From: Lama glama
Lineage: Eukaryota
Assembly (NCBI GenBank): GCA_028534125.1
Contig: CM052817.1
Location: forward strand, 46,750,001-46,814,000
Reading direction: 5' to 3'
Length of the DNA: 64,000 nucleotides
In this document: positions 12,114-25,920 of the stretch, piece after piece
Layout: each line of letters begins with the position of its first letter
How positions within the stretch are numbered: position 1 is the stretch's first letter
Translations under genes and position numbers: made by a program
The notes under the pieces: model-generated
The model's input: the letters and a program-made list of their open reading frames with translations, nothing else
What the model was told of the DNA's origin: nothing
Database searches by the model: none

Positions 12114-14899
12114 AAAAGGACATTGAAAAAAAGAGAGACATTCAGGTAGATAGTTACAGAGTTTAGAGGTCCGAGGCAAGGCCTAAGCTTGGAATATTAT
12201 TTGCGAGTCATCAAACAGTGCAAGATTGAGATAGCCAGGGAAGAGAACAGCATGGGACAAGGAGAAGCCTGTTATGGAGTCTTGAGAAAGATCAAAGATC
12301 AAAGAACAGGTGTCCAGAGAAGAGGCAGTGTTATACCAGGGAATCCAAGGGAAGAGAATGTTTACAGTGAAATAGGTAAAGAGTTACAAATATTACTGAC
12401 AGGCATGGTAGACAAGAACTGGAAAAAAAATTGTTACTAATGTCCTTAATAGAACTGTTTCAATAGAATGATGAGACCAAAAACCAGACTGGAGTGGCTG
12501 GAAAAGTAAATAGGAGTCGTGGAATAAATAAGCCCAGTATAGATAACTTTTCAAGACATTTTGATGCCAAGGGAGGCAACTAAAGAGGGTTGAGAGTCAC
12601 TGAAAATTTTTACTGATGAGCACTTAGAAGCCAATGACAAGGGTTCCACTGACTGTGGCTTTTATTTTCTCCGTAAGGGAAGGATTGCTGAGAATGAAGG
12701 TCTTGGAGTTGAATATTTGAGGCAAATGGAAAAAGTTGCAGCAGTCAAAAAACATGAGGGCATGCACTAGAGCAGAGAGACTTATTAGCTTGGGCTAAAC
12801 TGAAAAGTAAGAAAAGTCTGTTTGTGGTACTCGTCTCCCTCTCCAGGCCCTCACTGTGGTCCGTGATAAATCCTCTCTCCCATTCCACTGCCCTCTGCAA
12901 ACCTCAAATGCATGTCCTGGATGCACTCCAGTATTACTTTTCTCTTAGGTGCCCCAAGACCCCCACTGGCACCCACCTCTACTCTATGTGCCGCCTCTCT
13001 AGTGGGTACCTCATGCCAAAACTGTCATTTCTGAATTTGTGGGCAAATTCAAGTGGGTGTTAAAGATAAACAACTTTATTAAACTAACTCCACAAAATCT
13101 AAGAGTCTTTTTTTTAAATCTCAGTCCCATGCCCCAAATTTCCTCAATAGTCTATTCCGTGTACAAAACCACACCTAATCTTTTTAGAAATAGAGGCTTT
13201 TTAGAAGGTCTGCTGCTCTGTCAGTGAATTCCTAATGGAATCTCAGACAGGTAACCAAGTGACGAGCAGACCCTGAGGCAGTGGTTCCATAGTTCTTCAA
13301 CTCTCACCATGCAGGTCCTGCCCCACCAGGACAGAGGTTAACTGATCCTTGTAAATAGCCCTCACGGCCTGAACTTTGGTACTCGAACTTTGGAATGTCT
13401 ATTTGGTTGTTCAGAAACTTATTTTTCTCTTTTTCTTTTTTGGATCATTACGGTTGTTCAATCACTGTTTCCTTACGATTGAAATGCTGCAATTTATGTC
13501 CTACATCCCCAGTAAAATAAGGTCCTTGAAAGCGCACCCTGTGTGTTGTGCTCACTATATCTAACACCAGATCCAGTGCATGCCTTGGATATGGAAGCCA
13601 TTCCAAACTTTCATTGACTGTCAGTTTAATATGACTGAGCAAGAGTCAACTGCACTCATGTGGTAAGAGGCCATGAGCAACTTGATATTGATACTGCATG
13701 TCCTCCCACATTTTTTGTATCTTATTGGTGTGCAATCTGGGAATTACTTTAGTTAGAGGGATAAAATGGAGGCAAACATGTCAGCAGAGACTGACTTACT
13801 TCAATCTTGACCCACTAAAGAAGGTAACACATTCTTGCCATTAGGCATATGGAGATCTATGTAAATAGCCCAATGTGATATCCCATTGGTCCAGCAGCCA
13901 CACTCATTGCCCAGAGTGTTGCTCAATTCTTAGCCTGTTGCCATATGGCTGACACTTCTTTGCACTCCCCACCCAGATCCAAGTCCCAAGCCAATACTAA
14001 TTCCCATTTATATTCTTTTGTATGCAGTTTAAGTGAGCAAACAAAGGGGGTACTGGACAAGTTCAAATATGAAAATCTTTCCAATGACTCAACCACACTG
14101 TGAAGTAAGGCCGTGTACAGAGAAACTTGCTCAAGATCCCTTACCACACAAATGCTATTGCTTCTTCATCAGCCAAATTAAACTGACAGCTACAACAACC
14201 TAAATCAGTCCCTTCAGAGGTTTCTCTGGTTCATTTTGACTATACCTTAAAATTGTGAGCATATTCCTGGGAAATAGCAAATGTGGGATGTGTCTGCAAG
14301 GATGAGGAGGGGAGGGTAAGAGTAACACTCCTTTACTCAACAGGAAAACTCTGGAGTAGTCAGACATTAATAAAGATACCCTTCTTTTTAAACTAAAACA
14401 CGTTTTTATGGGGAAAAATGATTAGATTGCAGGCTATTTCTAATATTCTTTGTTATCCACACTCCAGGGTATATCTAGCTTATTCGTGTGCTGCAGTCTC
14501 TGTTTGTAGCCATGATCATCTAAGAATTTCTATACCTGTGAACTTGAACTTATTTTCTAATGCCTTATGGCAAAATCCAAAATCTTTATTAGCTTACTTC
14601 TTATTGCCAAGAATCTCTACAACCCACCAACCACAATAAGATCTTGATTTTCAATTACCTTTTGAACAGTTTTTCAAACAGGGTCACAAAAATAAATTTC
14701 GTGTCATGACCAGCATTTTTTAGTAAAATAATATAAACAGAATTGATCAGAATGTATTACATATAGTAGGATAAACATCATTTTGTGAAATGTTTGCTAT
14801 ATATGTCTGTATTAAGTCATTAACTGAAGTATAATTTTTACTATGGTCATTGTCAAGACACCTGAAGATTTTTTCCTCCCCTTAAAATCCACTTGATAT

Positions 14900-15490
14900 A
14901 AGTTCAGGATGTCAATATGTTCAAAGTCAATTTGTCATCTTCCCACCACCACCCTCATCTAATTTTTTTCCCAAATTTACCCATTTGGCTTATTATTACC
15001 TAATTCTCTATGTGACACGTTTTTACAAACTTACAGTAATTTTAATACCTCCTTCTCCTCAAATATCCAGTCTGTCCTTAAATAGTTTGGATCCATCTTT
15101 TAAAGTCTCACATTTATCCTTATCCCCCCAAACACTGACACAACTCTGGTTCAGGCTCTCACCAAATCATGCCTAAGTTATTACAATAAATTCTTAGTTA
15201 ATACATACCTCAAGTCCTTACATACTCTGATTAATTCTAAAACTTTCCTCTCCTTAAAGTCTTTTAATATTTCCCCATTACATTTTTAATAAATTCCAGG
15301 CTCTTTATCCTGGTATTCAAAATGTTCAGGAATCTGATTCCACTAGTTTACAACAGTCATGAAAACAGAGGCTTTATCTTTCTCCATCACTGCAATATCC
15401 CCAGTGGATAGCAGATGATTGGCATATAACATGTGTTTAATATTTGTTGAATGGATGAGTAAATAAATGAACAAATAAATGAAGGAATGA
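14900..15490 (+). mobile_element. L2 3' end remnant
   Basis: Ends ...ggcatataacatgtgtttaatatttgttgaatggatgagtaaataaatgaa, the L2 terminal motif. Confidence 0.6.
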
Positions 15491-16364
15491 TCTCTGTAGC
15501 ATAATCTTTTCTTTCTCTTTCACATATAAGTTCCCTATTAAGTCAGTAATATTCAGTGTAACATTTTTTTGCAAGCCTACCAAGTACACAACACCATGAG
15601 AGGGAAAACTGTGCAAGGTGCTGCAAGGTTATCTTCATCTTTCCCAGCATATCAAGTTCATTTCCAGACCAAAGTCTTGATGTACTAGGTGGTCTCCCAC
15701 CAAGATGACTTCTTCTTGCTTTCTATTTATATAAATCCTCTTACTCTTCAGAGCATACTTGAGAGCATTTTCTCCCTCAGTCTTACAGTCTTCTCGCTCT
15801 CTTGTAACATTTTTACGACTTTGTTTTATTTCTTAGTCATACCTCTTGAATTTTATGATTTAATTGTAATTTTTATAAGAGTAAAGATTTGTCCTACTTA
15901 TTGTATTCTCCACAAAATCTCAGGCCAGTACTAGACACCTAATAGAGAGTTGTTAAACCCTTTAATTAAACTTACTGAGTAAAAATATGCAAAGTGATTG
16001 CATTGTGGAGAGAACTAAGAAAGATTATTAAACATGCATCTCTAGCAAATTTAAGATTTAAGTAATGTAATATTACACATACATCCTGGCATGTAGTATT
16101 TATAAGTATTCATTCACAAATATTTGTTGAGTGAATGGATGAGTAAACAAACAGAGAAGCAGTTCCTAGCCTATTTTCTATCAACTCTTTGATCTCAATG
16201 AAAGCATAATTATTGTTAATGTTGCAAATAATAATAGAAATTTTGTGTTTATTCACGATGAGACTGCAAACACTAACTAAAATCTCAAGTGCCTTTACGT
16301 TAGGTTAGAACTGTATCAACTGTACTGAGGCATTGCTGAGTGTGTCAGGAGAAAAACGGCAGCA

Positions 16365-16600
16365 GCTTATTTAACAGACACTTACACAGAGCCTACAACG
16401 TGCCAATTCCTGTTCTCAGCAGCACTCAGCAATAGCTCATTCACTCCTCAAAACCTCATAAGGCCACTAGCACTGTTATTATCTCTATTTTACAACTGAG
16501 GAAACTGAGGTTGAGGTAAAGTTACTGAAGTTAAGTAACTTACCCAAGGTCAACAGTTAGTGAGAAACAGAGCGAGGATTCTGAAGTCACACGGTCTGGG
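16365..16600 (-). mobile_element. MIR SINE
   Basis: MIR core ...ctattttacaactgaggaaactgagg...ttaagtaacttacccaaggtca. Confidence 0.8.
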
Positions 16601-17614
16601 GTCAGGAGGGTATAGATTGAATCTATGTGTAGATCTAATCTATGATACCTTTCAAAAAATTAAAGCAGTTATTCTCTGCTGATGGTCTCTAAAAACTTCC
16701 ATTACATTCGCAAATCTACATCCATTGGCATTGGCAGTGGAAATATTTTTCCTTGGGTTTGAGCTGTAGAAGCTGGCAGGAGGATCTACCCTTCTTGTTT
16801 TATGTTTTATTCTTTGTTCTCCTAAAATAAGGTCTCTAAGTGTCATAGAGGCCTTGCCTTTTACCTTTTCTGTAACAACCCCAGTGGCTGCAGCAGCCAA
16901 GAGAGTTGCTGGAGGTGGCAGAGCAAGCTGAAGAGGAAAACAGACATGGGCAACCACACTGGGAATCAGACAGCAAAGGGTCCATGAATATTTCATATTT
17001 TAGATAATATGGCAATAAATTAAACCTGGAATCTACTGTCTCATATTATTTTATTTTACTGTTTAAAAAACAGGCATACAAAGCTTTATCTTAAAATAGT
17101 TTAACTTACATTCTCTTCAACTACTGCTTTGCCACTTTTAGAAGCCCTATAGCAAGAATACTCTTTCATAACTCTAAAAGCAAAGTCCTTCTAAGCCACA
17201 CAAAGTCCTGCTCACCCTAGGAAGATTAGGTTTGAGGTTGTTTTCAGTTTAGTTGTACTAATGATTGCCTTTCAAGCTCAAGAGGTTAGATAAGACATCT
17301 ATGGAATTTGTTTGAAGATACAAAACTGCTGGATTAGGCAGAGGCAGAGTGGACTGGAATTAAAAATACAAATGCAAGCCACGTGAAGGTAGCAACCAGA
17401 AAAAACAAGGCATTGGTGGTAATGTGCATCCTTTCAGTAGTAATTATTTGGGCATTTTTCTGGATGAGATAATACAGCCACTGCTAGAACTGCTACGGCA
17501 CGGCACGTTTTTCTCTCTCTGTCATTCATTCATTCAGTGTAGTCACATGAATATCTAATGTCTATTATATTTCCCACATATTTCTAGTGTCTATGCTAGG
17601 TACTGTATGAGGCA

Positions 17615-17860
17615 TTATCAGGAGTTAAAAGCACAGACTTGGGAACAGACTTCCCAAGTTTAAACGCCAGCCTCACTACTGGTTGTGTGGAATTGGGCAA
17701 GCTATTTCAATTCTCTGTGCCTTGATTATATCTCCTTAATGTTGGGGATAATGTTAATTCATGAGATCGCTGTGAGGATTAAAGCAGTTCAAGCATGTCA
17801 GACATAAACAGTGCCTGGCACATATTGGCACTTACTGGATTTTAGCTAGCATTATCACTA
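17615..17860 (+). mobile_element. MIR SINE
   Basis: ...ttgggcaagctatttcaattctctgtgcct...tgtgaggattaaa...acagtgcctggcacata. Confidence 0.8.
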
Positions 17861-18235
17861 TTACCATGAGGAAAAGCAGGCTGGGACCAGCACAGGCTGT
17901 TACCTTGAGAGTGTTCAAATGAAACTATACCTATACACATACATGCAAGAGCACTTTAAGAAGGCAAAACAGCATATGGCTGACTATACACTGCCCTTTA
18001 GAGACTCTGAAGTTGTCCACATAGAAAAGGCCTGAGAGAGCTCTGTGGGGCAGGGTGGTCAGAAGTGTGACTTATTGTAGGTTTTAGCATACGTGTACAC
18101 CCTGAACATTTTGCTATCCTCATTATTCAGACCAACAGAGTTTTAAGAGACTAAAGCAAAATCTTAGGACTAGAAAAGTCATAGATACATGGTTCCATGT
18201 CCTTTGTTTTACAAAAAGAATAAAAAGGCCAGTAA

Positions 18236-19210
18236 GCCAGCTCATCAACAAAAATTTCTGATGACCTACCATGTGCCAGCCTCTATTCCAGGTGCTGTAG
18301 ATTCAGCATTGAGCAAAACATATATATGCTCCTTGATCTCAAGGAGCTTGCATTCCAGTAGAAAAGACAGCAAATAAACAAACAAATAAATAAAGAGCTA
18401 ATTTTATGTGCTGATAAGTTGAAGATAATAAAATCAGGTACTGAGAGTGTGACTAGTAAAGGGGTATGGCTTTATGAGAGTGTCAGAGAAGACCTGTCTG
18501 AGGAGGTGGCATTTCAGTTGAGATCTGTATGATGACAAAGAGACAGGCATGCTAAGACTGCAGGTAGAGGCGAGGGGTATTCACAGTAAGTGAAAAAGCT
18601 CTAGGAAGGGACAAAAAGGAGGCCAGGATGGCTATAGTGCAGTGAACAAGGGGAGAGTAGAAGGAGATGAGGTTCAGAAGGAGACAGAAGCTGACTCCCT
18701 AGACATCAGTAAAGACCTTGAACTTTATCCTGGTGGTTGTGCAAAGCATATAGGTAAATTCTTAAGCAGCATCATGACAAGATCTAATATAAATTTTAGA
18801 AAGATCACTCTCTGGATGTAGTAGATCATGGTGGCCAAGAGTGGAGGTAGGGAAACCAACAGGCTTGGTAGCAGCCCAGCAAGAGATGATGGTAGTTTAG
18901 ATTAGGGTTATAGCAAAGGAAAAGGCAATCAGTGGTCAGATACTGAATACATTCTGGGAGTAGAGCTATCAGCTCTTACTGATAAATTGGATGTGAGGTG
19001 TGAAGGAAAAAAAGGACTCAACAATGATTTGTAAGTGTTGACCTAAAAAAATGAAAGAATGCTGGAGCCATTCATGAAGCTGGGCAAGGCTTGGGGGACA
19101 GATGGAGAAGAAGGTGGAAGAAGGTATACAGGTTTAAGGAAAGTAATTGATAGTTTGGTTTGACTTTGTTAAGTTTGAAATATCTGTTAGACATCCTGAT
19201 AGAAATATCA
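18236..19210 (-). mobile_element. L2 LINE fragment
   Basis: ...caacaaaaatttctgatgacctaccatgtgccagc...tgaggaggtggcattt...ttttagaaagatcactct...gttaagtttgaaatatctgttagacatcc. Confidence 0.8.
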
Positions 19211-22200
19211 CCAATAGTACCTAATAGAGATAAATATATAGTGAAACATACAGTGAGAATTCACTCAGTAATTGTTGATAGATTATACATATATGTGACA
19301 CAATCAAAATCAGGCTTACCTTGATAGGAAAGATAATAAATTTCTACTTTTACTTATTTGCAGCCCCACTGAGTTGCAAATGGATATTTCTGTGTAATAT
19401 TACTTGGCTATCCTCAAGAACAATTATTGGTTAATCACATATACTCACTGATTTAATGATACAATGCCTATCTTGGCAACCATACCTATCTATCTCGACA
19501 CTAAAACTTAAATAATCTTGTGAAAATAATGAAGGAGATTTGTAATTGTGTTTAATTTGAACAAATCGTTCAAAATCTGTCTTGAGAATATACACTGTAT
19601 TAAAGCAATTTTGAGTCTTTATGATATGCACAAAAATATCCATATGTACAGTAATTTCTCCCAAGGATTTTACAAAGTAAAAAGCAGAGACAGGCCAAAA
19701 AAATATCTAGAATAAAAGACATTCGGCCATAAGCGCTAAATAGAAATACAAGCAAAAAGCACTTCATTCAGAGTACTTTTAAATTTTAATATATATAAAT
19801 ATCAAACTCCTTAAACCTTAGAATCACCCCAACTATAGTTAATTCCTTTTGCATACAACAAAGCATCCTGCAGAAACCCTTAAATATATTAAATAATGAA
19901 TTCATTTCAAGATTTTTAAACTATAACATCAGGCCATTCATCACGTTAAAGGCCAATGGCCTGATGTTTACACTTTAATCCTTTACCACAGATAATTTGC
20001 AAAACAGGCAGACAGCAAATACTTTACAACTCTGATCAACAAAGAGTGAACTCTGTCCATTGAAAAGTATACTCTGGGCAAATGAATTACAGAAAGTCCA
20101 CACACAAAAGTGACCTCCAGGGAGTAGCCTAGCTGTGGGGAGAAGAAATGCTGAGTCTGGAATTTGCGTTATCAATCAGGAAGATATTACCCGGTAGAGA
20201 GTCAACAAATAAGTCCCATCATTCTATAATGTGGGTGACAGCTAACAGCTCTGAAAAGCTTCAATGATAAGAATCACTAACTTGAATATGACAGTGATCT
20301 AATTTGGGGGAATACTTTAAAATATTTGTTATGTCTCACATGTTCTGCTGAGCCCCCTTAACACATCAGTGAAGAGGCATTTGTAAGGGACAACACGGTG
20401 AAGTAACGTGAGGGATTATAATATCAGTTTTCTACAATACCTGACTTCAATTTACCTCTTCCAATGTGATAAGTCTTTAAAATATCACAGTGGGTGCCAT
20501 ACTACACACAAATTAGCAAAATGATTCCAGAGACATTAAACTTAGTTTGTAGAAGAAGTCTTCTCTCCTCTGATCTGCTGTCAAAACCTCATGACGTACA
20601 AGAAGACCACACAGCTCTTACATGCCTCTTCTACGTTCAGAGAGAAGTGACCAAGCTCACAGGCTGCCATTTACTAGTTTTTGCCATTTGACCTGTTGCT
20701 TAACTTATGCCTTAATTTCCTCAACTATAAATTGGGGATATGAATTTGTTTTAAACGATTCAGTGATTTAATACATGTGAAGTGCCTAGAGAGCACCAGG
20801 TGCATAACAAGTACTTGGTAAATGTTGGCTATTATTACTGTATCTATTTTTATTGCTATTGCATGTTGTAAGCACACAGGTACATGTGTATGTGGCAATT
20901 ATGGTGCCAAAAAAAAAAAAGCAAAAAAATGGGAATGAAGGGTCCAATATGTTTAGCAAACAGGATATGCTCTTGGTGGAGAGAGAGAAAACGAAAGAGA
21001 GAGAATACACACAGCCACTCACATCTATCTTATTCTTTGTTACTGTTATGTGCACAGGCGACTCTATGAAATATTTGCAAGGCTAACCTACACATTCTTT
21101 GTGAAGAATCTTTACATTTTCCCTGTTTCAGAATCTTAAAATGGCACAGTTGAAAGCAGCCAAGACTAATAATGGAATCCCTAAGGGGAGAAAATTTTTT
21201 TAAATACTAGAAAATTTTGTTATTTTATTTCAATTTATATAAACATGTTAAGTGCCTAGAATAGTGCCAGGCACTTAGCAGAATTCTGATATAAGATGAA
21301 TGTTAAAATAGGAGCTAGAGTCAGTTCTGAACTCGGCTCCTAACAGTCTGTGAACTTGGAGTGAATTACTTCGGTCTCAGTGTTAAATGCAAGAGATAAT
21401 AGTTACTATGTATTATTCATGTTTCCTCTGGTGTTCAGCACTATTTTAAAACTTTTTAAATGAACTAAGTCTCACTGTTAAGCAGTTCTACTTTATCATT
21501 TTCCAATACATTGTAGGAGTGATCATTTCTCTAAAGATCCTTACCTTCTATCTTAATTTGACACTAAAGAATGCTTCAGGATCCCCCTTATTTTATATGA
21601 AAATTCCCCAAATTTGGGGGGTTGACACTACCATCACTGGATATTTACCAAAAACTCACAAACTGAAGGTGACCTGTCCCCATAAAATAAAATATTAGTA
21701 CCTATGTGATGGGATAACATTTTATCTAGGAAATTCTCTTCCTTTCTTCAGAAAATGTTGATTTTTGCCATAAGAAGTTAGGCTTTTCTGTGCTAAATGC
21801 TTTGGAGGAGGGATATAAAAGGATGAAAAACAAAAGTCTTTTTCGACTTTGGCTTCTAAAACTTAAGCTCTTAGAGGAACTGAAAGTATTCCTGAAGTAG
21901 ACCAAATGTTTGGGAGAAGTACTTGGGGAAAAGCAAAGGACATGAGAAGAGAAAAGAAATAATCTATCAGGCTGGGGAGAGGAGACAATAAGAATATTGT
22001 CCCTAGAGATCAGAGAGAAAGACTTGTCTGAGAAGCTTTCTTTTTCTCCAAGAGTGTAGGAAAGATATAGAAAAAAATTAGTATCTTGAGAGAAAGAAGG
22101 ACCCTTTGTTCTATTCCAGGAAGGGTTTGGGAGGGAACAAGACCCAGAGAGGAAATGACTAGGGGGAGTGTCTTCAGCAATCCCAAACTGAGGGAGATGA

Positions 22201-23306
22201 AAACTGCTCCACTTGAGCATGTTCAAAATTGAAATAAATTTGACTTAGAAAAAATTAAGGAAAGTTAACATTCTTACACAGCTGCTTTATTTACAAAACA
22301 CACAAATGTATTTAAGTAAATTAAAACTATTTTTCTTTGAAAATTGATCTACATTTTTAGCAAAGGTCAGGGGTTTCACAAATGTATGATACATTTAAGA
22401 ACCCAAGATAGTACAAATAATCTAAAAATCAAATAGTTAATTATTCAGGTTTATTTTTTCTATTATTTATAAATCACATTAAAAGATTTTCAGGAGAAAT
22501 CAGATATAAATGCTATTTTCAAAAGTTCCTTTATTTTGGTGACATCATCAAATCTCAAAATACATATTTTTCAATATATAGTCACAGTGTTAAATATAAT
22601 TGCTCATATTCAATAACTACACATGTGATTTTTCAATAGCTTCTACTAGTTATTTCTTTCAACAATGGGAGTCAGATTTCTGATTCAATCTGACAAGCTG
22701 GATTTGCTACATGTCTTTCTGTTTTTACTTCATTGTTAAGTATATTCATAGAATTTAATCATATATCCTAGTAAGAATTTTTAGAGAAATCTTTAATTTT
22801 TAAATATATTGAGCATTCATTATTTTAGTCAATCATTCCATGAATATTTACTGAATGCCTGCAGAGTGCCAAGAATTATGCTAAGGTGTTAAGTAAAATG
22901 CCTTGTTCTCAACACATCATTGTTGAATAAAGTCAAAAGTAAATATTTTCAACATGCAGTTTCTAATACATGTTCATAAAATCCAGTGTGTGTAGAGAGT
23001 ATAGTGACATGATTACAGTACTAGAATTCTGTAGTTAGCAAAAATCATGGGAAATTAGAAATGCCAGCAAAATCAAAAATCCACTGGAATAGCTGTTCAA
23101 TTTGTCTTTTTAATTATATATCTTACATGAAATTGAAATGAAATAAAAACTGACCCTCTCATATCCCATTTAATTTACATTATTCTTCCAATTTAATATG
23201 TCATCAGTTATAGATCAGTTTAATAATCTAATAATAATTTAATATAATAATAACTTTTTTGGAGGAGAGGAAAGAAGGAAGAAAGACACCATTAAAAAAC
23301 ACATTT

Positions 23307-23499
23307 GGGGTGGGAGGCTATAGCTCAGTGGTAGAGTGTATATTTATCATGCATGAGGTCATGGGTTCAATCCCTAGCATCTCCATTTGAAAAAAAATTA
23401 AAAAAAAAAAACTTAATTACCTCCCCACGAAAAACAAATGTTTTTTTAAAGATACATAAAACAAATTGTCAATTGGACTTCATCAAAAAAAAAAAAACC
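23307..23499 (+). mobile_element. Camelid tRNA-derived SINE with extended tail
   Basis: tatagctcagtggtagag...gggttcaatccc...aacttaattacctcccc. Flanked by AAACACAT at 23297-23304 and 23500-23507. Confidence 0.85.
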
Positions 23500-23605
23500 A
23501 AACACATGTTAGTTTCAAGATGCTCCCTCATTTTAGAAAAGTTACAATGATAAGACAAATATTCACCTTAGATTAGGACACTATGGTATTTTAAAGGCCA
23601 TTTTT

Positions 23606-24169
23606 AAAAACTGAAGTACAGTCAGATACCATGTGTCAATTTCTGGTGTACAGCACAATGTCCCAGTCATGTATATACATAGATATATTTGTTTTCATAT
23701 TCTTTTTCATTAAAGGTTATTACAAGATATTGAATATAGTTCCCTGTGCTATACTGAAGAAACTTGTTTTTTTAATCTATTTTTATATATATAGTGGCTA
23801 ACATTTGCAAATCTCAAACTCCCAAATTTATCCCTTCCCACCTTCTTATCCCTAGTAACCATAAGATTGTTAACTATGTCTGCAAGTCTATTTCTCTTTT
23901 ATAGATGAGTTCATTAGTGTCCTTTTTTTCTTTTCTTTTTTAGATTCCACATATGAATGATATCATATGGTGTTTTTCTCTTTCTGGCTTACTTTGCTTA
24001 GAATGGCAATCTCTAGGTCCATCCATGTTGCTGCAAATGGAATTATTTTATTATTTTTTACCAATGAGTAGTATTCTATTGTATAAATATACTACAACTT
24101 CTTTATCCAGTCATCTGTAGATGGACATTTTTGTTGTTTCCATGTCTTGGCTATTGTATATAGTGCTTC
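23606..24169 (-). mobile_element. Young L1 3' end (camelid type)
   Basis: Antisense L1 3' UTR and ORF2 end (gtccatccatgttgctgcaaatgg). 13-bp TSD aaaggcYattttt at 23593-23605 and 24170-24182. Confidence 0.92.
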
Positions 24170-25192
24170 AAAGGCTATTTTTGAAGTTAGCATTTTGTTT
24201 CCATTGAACAGGATTATTTGTGCAATTCAGAGTGCAGAATACAAATCTAAATGGACTTGTTCCTTGCAAATTAATAGACATCTTTTGTCAAGGCAATATC
24301 TAGCAATATAGAAAGCTTCACTGCTTCAAATAACAAATCTATTTGAATTTATCAATTGCTATCAGACTTGATCAGCCAATTTTAATACCTAAGAGATCAT
24401 ACATACCTTCTCACACACTCTGTCAATTCTGAATATACATCAAATTCATAGATCATTGTAGTATCTGATGTTCTGGTCTTAAAACTCTAAAAATTAAGGA
24501 ATTTTCAGAATAAATTGTAACAAAGTTTATGTTTAGGAGTATATGCCATAGCAAGTTAGCTATACCAACAGAGAAATTATAGAGCTAATGAATTCAGGAC
24601 ATGTTTAAACAGAATTTAACTTGATTTCATTCAAATTAACACAAAAGATGGTATCCTGAGTGCTGGGAAAACAAACCAAGAGATATGTGGTATCAGCCAA
24701 ATAATTAGAGAATCAGGCACAGTAGAAAAGTAAATCACACTTAATTCATCAGACCTAGTCACAAGGACCTTTCCATGTTAAATATCATTTTAAAGATCGA
24801 AATGTATGAGAGAATATATAGTAAGTAGATCCTTAAAATTGTCTTCTTAACTCTGAATTTGCCAGTATCACAGTAATGACTGACTGGACAAACCATGAAA
24901 AATAGAAACCCAGAAAGCTATACTGAAATATTTTGGGCACTGGCTAGACTTCCTAGGTGACTGGCTGGCATATAGTAAGTGCAGAACAACTATTTGATTT
25001 ATTCAGTGAATGAGAGAATGAGTGACTCACTCCACATCCCAATATTCTTAATGTCTGTCTTAGCACAACTTGTACATGCAAAGGACTTTCAGAGTTGCTT
25101 GAAAATAATCAAAATTGTGTTTGTGTTAAATCTGCAATTTCTAAAGATCTATCATCGCCAATATGTATTGAACTTTAGGAGAGTGACATAAA

Positions 25193-25920
25193 GTGCAGCC
25201 ATTATGGAGAATAGTATGGAAATTCCTCAGAAGTCTAAAAATAGACTTACCATATGATCCAGCAATTCCACTCCTAGGCATATTTCTGGAGGGAACTTTA
25301 ATTCGAAAAGATACATGAACCCCAATGTTCATAGCAGCACTATTTACAATAGCCAAGACATGGAAGCAACCTAAATGTCCAACAACAGATGACTGGATAA
25401 AGATGTGGTATATTTATACAATGGAATTCTACTCAGCCAGAAAAAGTAATAAAATAATGCCATCTGCCCCAATATGGATGGACATGGAGATCATCATTCT
25501 AAGTGAAGTAAGGCAGAAAGAGAAAGAAAAATACCTTGTGATATCACTCATATGTGGAATCTAAACAAAAAAAAGAAAAAGAAAAAGAAAGAAAGAAAGA
25601 AACAAAAAAAGAGAACACTAATGAACTCATCTACAAAATAGAAACAGACTCATAAACATGGTAAACAATTTATAGTTACCAGTGGAAGAGGGTGGGAAGG
25701 AATAAATTTGGGAGTTTGAGATTTGCAAAGGTTAACCACTACATATAAAAATAGATTTAAAAAAATTTCTTTTGTATAGCACAGGAAACTATACTGAATA
25801 TCTTGTAATAACCTTTAATGAAAAAATATGAAAACAAATATATGTATATATATGACTGGGACAATATGCTGTACACAAGAAATTGATACATTGTAACTGA
25901 CTATACTTTAATTTTTAAAA
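25193..25920 (+). mobile_element. Young L1 3' end (camelid type)
   Basis: ORF2 C-terminus [19 protein letters not shown] plus 3' UTR of the same type as 23606-24169. Confidence 0.92.

Larger units (their letters stand above)
8100..12760 (-). mobile_element. Old fragmented L2 LINE, interrupted by a solo LTR (9340-9811) and an L1 (10040-12113)
   Basis: ttcattcat... L2 terminal repeat at ~8100. Purine-rich L2-type segments (gattactctggctgcagtgt, gatattt...gcaggactt...ggattg) resume on both sides of each insertion. Confidence 0.7.

Noticed and set aside
16905..16921. CTCF-like GCTGGAGGTGGCAG
   Set aside because: Only the 3' half of the core matches, and the upstream TGCAG is at the wrong spacing.
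21726..22226. 166-aa minus-strand ORF
   Set aside because: Ser/Phe/Leu-rich translation of a pyrimidine-rich strand with no recognisable domain and a non-ATG start.
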